From an uncultured Bacteroidales bacterium (lineage in GTDB: Bacteria > Bacteroidota > Bacteroidia > Bacteroidales > DTU049), in contig CAYRXH010000002.1 of NCBI GenBank assembly GCA_964428185.1, forward strand, positions 19,651-83,650: DNA of 64,000 nt, in the 5' to 3' direction. Below are positions 21,356 through 28,377 of this stretch, piece by piece; position 1 is the first letter of the stretch, and the number at the start of each line of letters is the position of its first letter. The notes beneath the pieces were generated by a model. That model saw only the letters and a list, made by a program, of their open reading frames with translations, was not told the DNA's origin and did no database searches. Both the position numbers and the translations under genes were made by a program.

Positions 21356-22429
21356 ATGAAATTATCAGAAATAGTAAAACCAGGCGTAGCAACCGGCAGT
21401 GTTGTGAAAACAATTCTTGATTATGCAAAAGATAATGAGTTTGCTCTCCCAGCAGTAAATGTTGTTGGTACAGATTCGGTGAACGCAGTGCTGGAGGCTG
21501 GCAAGGTGGTTAACTCACCTGTCATTGTTCAGTTTTCAAACGGAGGTGGTCAGTTTTTTGCAGGGAAAGGCATTGCTGACTCCATGAAGGCATCTGTTGC
21601 AGGAACGATTTCAGGAGCCTATCATATTCATAGAGTGGCAGAATTGTATGAAATTCCTGTAATTCTTCACACAGACCATGCAGCAAAGAAACTGCTTCCA
21701 TGGATTGATGCAATGCTTGATGAAGGGGAAAGGTTTTTTAAGATTACCGGAAAACCATTGTTCAGTTCTCATATGCTCGATTTGTCAGAGGAATCTCTTG
21801 AAGAAAACATTGACATCTGCAGTAGATATCTTGAACGCATGTCTAAAATGGGAATGACACTTGAAATTGAACTTGGTGTTACAGGAGGTGAAGAGGATGG
21901 TGTTGACAATTCAGGAATTGAAAGTTCAAAATTATATACTCAACCGGAACATGTGGCTTATGCTTATGAAAAGCTGATAAAAATCAGCGAGAACTTTACT
22001 ATTGCCGCATCTTTCGGGAATGTTCATGGTGTATACAAACCAGGGAATGTGAAGCTGGAACCACGAATATTAAATAATTCCCAGAAATATGTCCGTGAGC
22101 ATTTTGGTCTGTCTGAAGAGAAACCACTGAATTTTGTATTCCATGGAGGTTCAGGTTCTTCAAGGGAAGAGATCCGTGAAGCTATTTCATACGGGGTTAT
22201 TAAAATGAACATTGATACTGACACCCAGTGGGCGTTTTGGGATGGAGTTCATAAATTCTATCTTTCAAGAAAGGAGTATCTTCAGGGTCAAATCGGGAAT
22301 CCTGAAGGAGAAGACAAACCAAATAAAAAGTTTTACGATCCCCGCACATGGTTGCGTGAAGGTGAAAAAGGAATTATAGACAGGCTGAAGATTGCGTTTG
22401 AAGACCTGAATGCTTTGAACAGATACTAA
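21356..22429 (+). CDS. fbaA: class II fructose-bisphosphate aldolase
   Basis: 357 aa: PAVNVVGTDSVNAVLEAG, ILHTDHAAK, FGNVHGVYKPGNVKL, FVFHGGSGS. Confidence 0.95.
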   Translation: MKLSEIVKPGVATGSVVKTILDYAKDNEFALPAVNVVGTDSVNAVLEAGKVVNSPVIVQFSNGGGQFFAGKGIADSMKASVAGTISGAYHIHRVAELYEIPVILHTDHAAKKLLPWIDAMLDEGERFFKITGKPLFSSHMLDLSEESLEENIDICSRYLERMSKMGMTLEIELGVTGGEEDGVDNSGIESSKLYTQPEHVAYAYEKLIKISENFTIAASFGNVHGVYKPGNVKLEPRILNNSQKYVREHFGLSEEKPLNFVFHGGSGSSREEIREAISYGVIKMNIDTDTQWAFWDGVHKFYLSRKEYLQGQIGNPEGEDKPNKKFYDPRTWLREGEKGIIDRLKIAFEDLNALNRY

Positions 22430-22474
22430 TCTAGTAGGTTTTATTGAGATTCTGAAATTGATTTTTAAATTTTT

Positions 22475-23371
22475 TCACGCCGGATCAACATGAATCACAA
22501 CATGGGTTGCTTCTCCGAACCTGTCTTTGAGTTTTTTTTCAACATCAAGTGTCACTTCGTGTGAATTATACACACTCATCTTGGGATCAATCTTAATGTG
22601 AATTTCAATAGCTATGTTATTTCCTATATTTCTGGTTCTTAGTCCGTGAGGCTGTTGTACATGGTCTACTGAAGAAATGATTGCACAGATTTCTTTTCTG
22701 GTTTTTTCAGGCAATGATTTTTCTAACAGATCATTTACCGCGGGGAGTATTATTTTCAGGGCAACCCTGATGATCATAAAACTGACAATTGCTGCAGCAA
22801 GAGGATCCAAAATTTGCCAATGACCACCTAAATAAACAGCTCCGCCAATTCCAAGTAAAGTGGCAACAGAAGAGAGGGCGTCTGATCGATGATGCCAGGC
22901 ATTGGCTCTCAAAACCTGACTGTTGTGGCGTCGTGCAGCAAAAATAGTGTACCAGAACAAAATCTCCTTGACAATGATTGAACCTGCAGCAGAATACAAT
23001 GCGATGGTTTTTGGAGGCTCTGATATCGCACCGATGCTGTAAAGATAAATATTGTTTCCCGCATCCCAGAGTATGCCTAATCCTGCCACTGCAAGCAATG
23101 TTCCAACTACAAATGTTGAAAATGTCTCAAATTTGCCATGCCCATATCTGTGGTTATCATCCACAGGTCGTGCAGAAATTTTTACAAAAATCAACACAAT
23201 AATGTCTGAAATCAGATCTGACAGCGAATGTGTGGCATCGGCAATCATTGCACTGCTGCGACCCACAATGCCTGCAAAGTATTTTATTGTAGTAAGTATA
23301 ACATTGACTATCAGCCCGGTCAGCGTGACTTTTACAATTTCCTGAGTTGTAATTTGAACTTTTTTGTGCAT
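22475..23371 (-). CDS. cation diffusion facilitator (CDF) family metal efflux transporter
   Basis: 298 aa with six TM segments. Motifs ADATHSLSDLISD and HRSDALSS, plus a C-terminal cytoplasmic domain ending IHVDPA. Confidence 0.88.
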   Translation of the reverse strand: MHKKVQITTQEIVKVTLTGLIVNVILTTIKYFAGIVGRSSAMIADATHSLSDLISDIIVLIFVKISARPVDDNHRYGHGKFETFSTFVVGTLLAVAGLGILWDAGNNIYLYSIGAISEPPKTIALYSAAGSIIVKEILFWYTIFAARRHNSQVLRANAWHHRSDALSSVATLLGIGGAVYLGGHWQILDPLAAAIVSFMIIRVALKIILPAVNDLLEKSLPEKTRKEICAIISSVDHVQQPHGLRTRNIGNNIAIEIHIKIDPKMSVYNSHEVTLDVEKKLKDRFGEATHVVIHVDPA

Positions 23372-23506
23372 CCGAAACTGAATCTATTTGGCAAAATTAA
23401 AGATTTTACCACAGGAAAATGTGCTGTTACCTCAAAAAAAGAGGATTGTTCAAGAAATCAAATACTTTTGAATGATGATTTTCATTAGAATTATGAGTGA
23501 TAAAGT

Positions 23507-23720
23507 GAAAAGCTTTTTAATTTTTTTTCACTATTGTCAGGAAAAAATGTTTAAAGTTTGAAAAGCCTTGAAAATATTGTGTTTTAGAGATTCTTATGCG
23601 AGCTGGGGCTTACTTATGAAAGTGGCAAATTTGTAAATCATAAAATACTCACATTCAAAATATTATGTTTTGAAAAAACAAAATATTTATTTTTATCGGA
23701 CAATAATGATTAAAAGATTG
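23507..23720 (+). repeat. ~215-nt intergenic repeat, copy 1 (second copy inverted at 57938..58151)
   Basis: Shared blocks with the reverse complement of 57938-58151: ttcactattgtc, tttaaagtttgaaaagccttgaaaatattgtgtttt, agctggg, tggcaaatttg, tatgttttg, tttatttttatcg, acaataatgatt. Confidence 0.75.
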
Positions 23721-23816
23721 GAAGATTCTTAGATTGCGTGATGGTGTTGTGCTTGTGACTGGCTATTAGTGATTGGTGAGGGGTAAAAAACACTTCGACA
23801 TTCGATATTTCATGGA

Positions 23817-24140
23817 GGGACTCCTTTGGAGCAATATTCATTATTCTATACCTTATACTTTATCCTTTAGAAAATAGAAAATATTTCCTTTTGCCTTGTA
23901 CATTTTCCCTTATACCCTTATACCCTTATACCCTCCACCTCTATACCTCTATACCCATATACCCCTAACCCGCCTGTCAGTTCGAGTAGACCACGTAGAG
24001 GTCGTATTGAGAACATGTAGCCACTTCTCGATACTCCCTCCTGCGTCGGGCACTCGAAGTGACACAACTGTCATACAGAGGGATTGATAGACGAAAATCA
24101 TACTATGGCGTTATTTCTGCAATCCCGAAGTATCTCATAC
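23817..24140 (+). repeat. structured intergenic element, copy A (88-nt four-helix core 23976-24063, flanking hairpin 24073-24133)
   Basis: Aligns with 39907-40106. Its right flank aligns with the reverse complement of 40256-40371. See findings. Confidence 0.75.
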
Positions 24141-24228
24141 AAGATGATGCAATGACCCGCCACATTCAAAGCTTCATGACTACTATGAATCCATTCTTCA
24201 GTAATTGGTATGTTAGACATAAGAAAAA

Positions 24229-24258
24229 AGTGTAAAGCGAGATAACTCACTTCACACT
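24229..24258. terminator. imperfect hairpin terminator downstream of the AOR gene
   Basis: agtgtaaagcgag-ataa-ctcacttcacact (11 of 13 pairs), flanked by A6 and T4. On the minus strand it follows the AOR stop by ~30 nt. Confidence 0.5.
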
Positions 24259-24288
24259 TTTATCTTTTCACTTTCACCTTTCACCTTT

Positions 24289-26445
24289 CTACTGAAGAGG
24301 AGTAACAACTTCAAGAACTTCAGGAAGGTCCATTCCCAGATCTTTCAGTCTTTCGATGGTAGGAACCCCGTTGGGTGTCCAGCCACGTCTTTTATACACA
24401 GCGTCGAGGAGTTTTTCGTACTGATCTTCGCGGTGTTTTCTGAGAAATGCCATTTTTTCCTGAGTGCTTTTTCCAGCGGGATCAATACCAAGAAGGTCTT
24501 TCAGTTGACCATCATAACGCTCTTGCCGTGATTCATATTCTTCAACTGTAACAGGGCCTGCAGCACGATAAGGCTGTGCGTCATGTTTTCTTAGTCCGTA
24601 TCCGCGGCGGATGTTAAAAATCCTCTGGAACTGATATACCCTTTCACTCTGGCGGATGAGTTCCTCTTTGGTAAAATCGTTGCCGGTAACTGCTTTGTAT
24701 ATGGTAACATAATTATCAACGTGCTCGGGCACCTTGGCAGGTTCAGCCTGAAGGTGGTTGTCGGCAGGTTCTACATCATTCCATGGCAGTTTGCACAATC
24801 CTTGAAGTCCGAACCATGTTCTGAACATGGGGAAATAATACAAGGCCTCGGCTTTCTTTTCAAATGTAGGAATCTGATTGTTGACCATATCCATGAAAAT
24901 CAGCCAGGCTTCGTCATGCTGCGGACCTTTGTTGGTCATTGCATATCCACCCTGTTGTGCCAGTGATTCTTTGGAGATATATTGGCTGTATTCAAGACCT
25001 TTGTTTTCCATAGCTATATCTGTAATAAACATTGGATCTCCCCAGCCTTTTTCGATAAACATTTCTTTCATCTTGCGGACACCCATTCCGGCAATCACAC
25101 CAAAACCCTCACTGCGTGCCAACTGATGCAATAGTTCCATGGCATCATTTTCACTGCCAAAACTCAGATCCAGACCACAGGTGCGTTCTTTATTGAGGAT
25201 ACCGTTTTCATAACATTCCATGACAAAACCCATGATGGTTCCCCATGTTATTGTACAGATACCGTAAGTGTCACAGTAGAAGTTTGCTTCGATGGTCCAT
25301 TCGGGATTGAAAATTCCCATGTTTGACCCCAGCGATGAAGTTGTTTCATATTCGGGACCGTCAACAATGACCTTTTGTCCCTTGTAGGGACCGGTTTTCA
25401 GTTCAAAATTATCAACACCCTTAGCACAGCTCATATTACAACCAATCCAGCAACCGTCAGGAACTCCCTGTGTGAAATAACTCATCCACACATCACCGTG
25501 AATTTTATAAGCGTCAGGGTGAATTCCGAATTTGAAATTGTGAACTGGAAGCAAATCATAGTCATTCATGATGTTTGTAAGGTGAGCTGTCCCCTTTTTG
25601 CGCATTTCACACTGTGAATCATCAAGCTCACGCATTTCTTTGTTAAAGCGGCGACCGCGTTCCATGATGGCTTCAATGTCAACAACATTGTTGATGTTTC
25701 CTGTAATACCAGGGATTTTTGCAACGATGGCTCTGATTTTTTTGTCACGGAGGACAGTCCCTGTACCCCCGCGTCCGGCCTGTTTCAGTCTGATTTTTTT
25801 ACGCTTGTTGTCGTAAAAAGTAAAGTTCAACATTCCAATCAGTGAATGGTCAGCAGCATCTCCTGCAGAGACAATTCCGATATTTTTCTTGTCCTTTTCG
25901 TCAGTTGCGAAAAGATCAGTCAGTTCTTCAGCAAGCAGGTGAGAGTCATGAGAAAATCCGGGATCTTCAAAAATCTCAATTCTGCCTGTTACTCCGTCAA
26001 GATAAATCACCACATCCTTTTCTGCTTTGCCCTGAATCTCAATTGCATCAAAACCGCACACCTTGAGAAAAGGACCAAAGAATCCACCCACATTACTGTC
26101 GATGGGGATGTCCGTCTGGGGAGATATGGTAACGACTATGGACTTGCCTGCCCCTGAATATTGGGTAATACCACAGATGGGACCTCCGGAGATAACTAAT
26201 TCATTTTCAGGATCATTCCATTTTGTTGTGGGGAGTGTGGCTTCCCACAACAATTTTAAACCATACCCCTTCCCTCCAATGAATTTTTCTTTCATCATGG
26301 GGGGAACATCCTTAATACTGAATTCAGTATTGCCAACATTCACATAGAGAACTTTGTCTGTATATCCCTTGTTAATGGAAGTCTTTTCATAGGTTAGCTC
26401 TTTCAGAATGTGTCGGCTCTTTTTAATTTCTTCAATGTTAATCAT
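24289..26445 (-). CDS. aor: aldehyde:ferredoxin oxidoreductase family (tungsto/molybdopterin) enzyme
   Basis: 718 aa with an AOR N-terminal domain (GYTDKVLYVNVGN...KFIGGKGYGLKLLWE) and a long alpha-helical AOR C-domain. Confidence 0.88.
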   Translation of the reverse strand: MINIEEIKKSRHILKELTYEKTSINKGYTDKVLYVNVGNTEFSIKDVPPMMKEKFIGGKGYGLKLLWEATLPTTKWNDPENELVISGGPICGITQYSGAGKSIVVTISPQTDIPIDSNVGGFFGPFLKVCGFDAIEIQGKAEKDVVIYLDGVTGRIEIFEDPGFSHDSHLLAEELTDLFATDEKDKKNIGIVSAGDAADHSLIGMLNFTFYDNKRKKIRLKQAGRGGTGTVLRDKKIRAIVAKIPGITGNINNVVDIEAIMERGRRFNKEMRELDDSQCEMRKKGTAHLTNIMNDYDLLPVHNFKFGIHPDAYKIHGDVWMSYFTQGVPDGCWIGCNMSCAKGVDNFELKTGPYKGQKVIVDGPEYETTSSLGSNMGIFNPEWTIEANFYCDTYGICTITWGTIMGFVMECYENGILNKERTCGLDLSFGSENDAMELLHQLARSEGFGVIAGMGVRKMKEMFIEKGWGDPMFITDIAMENKGLEYSQYISKESLAQQGGYAMTNKGPQHDEAWLIFMDMVNNQIPTFEKKAEALYYFPMFRTWFGLQGLCKLPWNDVEPADNHLQAEPAKVPEHVDNYVTIYKAVTGNDFTKEELIRQSERVYQFQRIFNIRRGYGLRKHDAQPYRAAGPVTVEEYESRQERYDGQLKDLLGIDPAGKSTQEKMAFLRKHREDQYEKLLDAVYKRRGWTPNGVPTIERLKDLGMDLPEVLEVVTPLQ

Positions 26446-26474
26446 ATTGTTGTTGTTTGATTTTGTCTGAGCGG

Positions 26475-26482
26475 CAAAATTA
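26475..26482 (-). promoter_or_regulatory. candidate -7 box TAATTTTG for aor
   Basis: Exact TAnnTTTG match on the minus strand, about 30 nt upstream of the ATG. Confidence 0.4.
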
Positions 26483-26668
26483 TGAAATTATTCTGCATTT
26501 TCAAACTTTAGGAACTCCAAATTTTTGGAATTTGATTTTGATGTTTATCATAACTGATATGGACAAAGAACTTTATATTTTACGTTATCAGAGTATTATA
26601 AAAAATATTTTCTGGCTGTTTCCAAATTTCAGATAGTGATTTTATATATTTTCTCTATAAAAAGTAAA

Positions 26669-26742
26669 GAGTAGAGAGTGCAAGTGATGAGAAACTGCAA
26701 TTTCTTTCTCTATCTCTACTTACTACTTGCTACTTTTTTTTT
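26669..26742 (+). repeat. hairpin + T9 module, copy 1 (copy 2 at 60771..60841)
   Basis: The shared consensus, with copy 1 / copy 2 variants in brackets, is gtagagagtgcaagtg[atgag/cag]aaaaactgcaatttct...ctctactt[a/c]ctacttg[c/a]tac followed by T9. Confidence 0.75.
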
Positions 26743-26754
26743 CGGTTGTGTGTA

Positions 26755-26778
26755 AATTAAAATGTTCATGTAAATTTG
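26755..26778 (+). promoter_or_regulatory. promoter cassette copy 1 (-7 box TAAATTTG at 26771-26778)
   Basis: gtgtgtaaattaaaatgttcatgtaaatttgta matches the cassettes at 60907-60939 and 62607-62639 at 30 of 33 positions by my count. Confidence 0.6.
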
Positions 26779-26798
26779 TAGAAATATTTAATTTAAAA

Positions 26799-27389
26799 AT
26801 GACATTTTCAGAACTGAAGAACAAATTATCAGGTTATACTGTAGGCATTGCAGGAGCCGGTGGTCTTGGGTCCAACTGCGCCGTTTCTTTGGCCAGAGTG
26901 GGAGTGGGGACATTAATTATTGCCGATTTTGATAAAGTAACAGAATCCAATCTCAACAGGCAGTATTATTTTTACGATCAGATTGGCCGACAGAAAGTGG
27001 ATGCCCTGAGAGAAAATATTCAGAGGATCAATCCCGAAGTTCAAGTGATTCCAATTGATGAAAAGCTCACTGCTGAAAGTATTGCTCTTAATTTTGGCGA
27101 ATGTGATGTGATAGTTGAGGCATTTGACAAGGCTGAAATGAAACTAATGATTATTGAAGCTGTTGAAATGTATTTTCCCGACAAACCTCTGGTGAGTGCA
27201 ATGGGACTGGCAGGGTTTGGCAATCTGAATCAGATGAAAGTTGAGCATTATGGAAACTTGTGGGTTTGTGGCGATCTCATCTGGGAAGTGACCGAAGACA
27301 ATCCACCCATCGCTCCACGTGTTTGCATCGCAGCCAATATGCAGGCCGATGTAGTAATTGAACTGCTAATCACCAATCACACACTATGA
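26799..27389 (+). CDS. ThiF/MoeB/HesA-family E1-like adenylyltransferase (short form)
   Basis: Nucleotide-binding motif VGIAGAGGLGSNCAVSLARVGVGTLIIADFDKV...NLNRQ. The ATG at 26799 follows the promoter. The track ORF starts upstream at 26727, inside the repeat. Confidence 0.85.
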   Translation: MTFSELKNKLSGYTVGIAGAGGLGSNCAVSLARVGVGTLIIADFDKVTESNLNRQYYFYDQIGRQKVDALRENIQRINPEVQVIPIDEKLTAESIALNFGECDVIVEAFDKAEMKLMIIEAVEMYFPDKPLVSAMGLAGFGNLNQMKVEHYGNLWVCGDLIWEVTEDNPPIAPRVCIAANMQADVVIELLITNHTL

Positions 27390-27592
27390 AAATACAACTG
27401 AACAACAAACCCGAGGAGTTTTCAGGGACTGAGAAGATGACAGTTTCGGAACTACTGAAGAAAAAGAATTTTACCTTTAAGTTGCTGGTAGTAAGAATCA
27501 ACAATAAAAGTGTTTTGCGTGAGCATTTTGATACTACTGTGATACATGATGGAGATGAAGTGATGGTGTTGCATTTGATTTCAGGTGGATAA
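27386..27592 (+). CDS. thiS: ThiS/MoaD-family sulfur-carrier protein
   Basis: 68 aa, beta-grasp-like, with C-terminal ...HLISGG (diglycine). ATGA overlap with the ThiF-like gene. Confidence 0.85.
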   Translation: MKIQLNNKPEEFSGTEKMTVSELLKKKNFTFKLLVVRINNKSVLREHFDTTVIHDGDEVMVLHLISGG

Positions 27593-27611
27593 AAAAAATT
27601 ACATTTTTTTC

Positions 27612-27641
27612 TTTGCAGATTAAAAATAACTATTATATTTG
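27612..27641 (+). promoter_or_regulatory. promoter of tRNA-Val (-33 TTTG 27612-27615, -7 TATATTTG 27634-27641)
   Basis: Both Bacteroidota consensus boxes are present with an 18-nt spacer. The -7 box ends 13 nt before the tRNA 5' end. Confidence 0.6.
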
Positions 27642-27654
27642 CACCCTCAAATAA

Positions 27655-27729
27655 GGGAGCATAGCTCAGCTGGTTCAGAGCACCTGCCTTACAAGCAGGG
27701 GGTCACAGGTTCGAATCCTGTTGCTCCCA
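27655..27729 (+). tRNA. tRNA-Val (anticodon TAC)
   Basis: Acceptor GGGAGCA/TGCTCCC, anticodon stem-loop CCTGC-CTTACAA-GCAGG, T-loop GGTTCGAATCC. Hand-folded. Confidence 0.9.
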
Positions 27730-27733
27730 CTCC

Positions 27734-27810
27734 AAACAGAGCGAGTGTGAGAGTTAGTGTGAAGCACTTACGACCACTCTCGCTCTGTTTCTCTAAACTC
27801 ACACTCACAC
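27734..27810 (+). repeat. tRNA-trailing hairpin plus conserved CA-rich tail, copy 1
   Basis: aaacagagcgag...ctcgctctgttt (12 bp plus 3 more), followed by ctctaaactcacactcacac. The homologous module lies on the minus strand at 58208-58285. Confidence 0.75.
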
Positions 27811-27985
27811 TGATGGGGAAACACCAGAATATATCGTTCCATACGGGACTTAATTTATTATGCGGTGGTTGAGTTATCGATTTTTTCCCTACGGGACAAA
27901 AAAAACATTTAGCGGTACTGCCAATTAACCAAGCAGTTATGAATTTTCAGATCTTCATCCTCATGCTGGAACAAGTTATTACCTT

Positions 27986-28321
27986 TTGGTTCAAACTGAC
28001 TATCACGAAAAAAATACTGTATATAATGTTGTTGCATTTAACGACCATTGTGAAAATAATCAACTGCAGACCCGGCTTTATCACAATCCGGTTTTTGAAT
28101 CTGATCTGAAACTTGAGTTTGTGCTGACAATAGATATAGGGACAGATATCAGAATCATCTGCACCATGGGTGAAGTTGTTTCTAAAGTGCAGACAGTTAT
28201 TGTTCTCGACAAACGATTTCATCAGATCAGCCTTGATGCTGATCATCTTAATTCAGGAATGTATTGCCAAATCATCTCTGCCAATGGAGAAAACATCTAT
28301 CTGCAGTTTGTGAAGAAGTAG
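27986..28321 (+). pseudogene. orphan T9SS C-terminal sorting domain (remnant of a secreted protein gene)
   Basis: 111-aa ORF ending ...RLYHNPVFESDLKLEFVL...IICTMGEVVSKVQ...LNSGMYCQIISANGENIYLQFVKK. This has the CTD pattern but no signal peptide or upstream domain. Confidence 0.5.
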
Positions 28322-28377
28322 GGCATTGTTCATAAATGCCTTAATGATAAGCATTGACTAATTAAAGATTATAAAAA

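Noticed and set aside
23622-23634. TGGCA-N-TTG(C/T)A in the 215-nt repeat, as a sigma-54 -24/-12 promoter.
   Set aside because: The GG and GC elements are only 7 nt apart, whereas 10 are required. Copy 1 has TTGT instead of TTGC.
23880-23975. Short tandem TATACC/CCCTTATA repeats, as a possible CRISPR array or minisatellite.
   Set aside because: The units are 6-8 nt with no spacers. No cas genes and no 25-40-nt repeat/spacer periodicity are present. I kept this only as a G-quadruplex or slippage candidate.
23896-24087. 63-aa ORF (and its counterpart 39937-40122, 61 aa) spanning the repeated structured element, as a possible small protein.
   Set aside because: The two copies drift out of frame relative to each other in the middle because of an indel. 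Their predicted peptides share only the ends. The sequence is low-complexity Pro/Tyr/Leu derived from the TATACC tract. Substitutions follow helix pairing rather than codon structure.
26446-26798. Moco/Wco riboswitch associated with aor or the thiF/thiS-like pair.
   Set aside because: The aor promoter candidate leaves a ~30-nt leader. The conserved hairpin module here is also found upstream of the unrelated kamA-like gene and lies upstream of the thiF-like promoter, not in its leader.
27639-27872. 77-aa ORF overlapping tRNA-Val, and the ORFs 58210-58401 and 58284-58535 overlapping tRNA-Leu and tRNA-Gly.
   Set aside because: They are read through tRNA genes and hairpin repeats. They have no coding signal and are artefacts of ORF calling.
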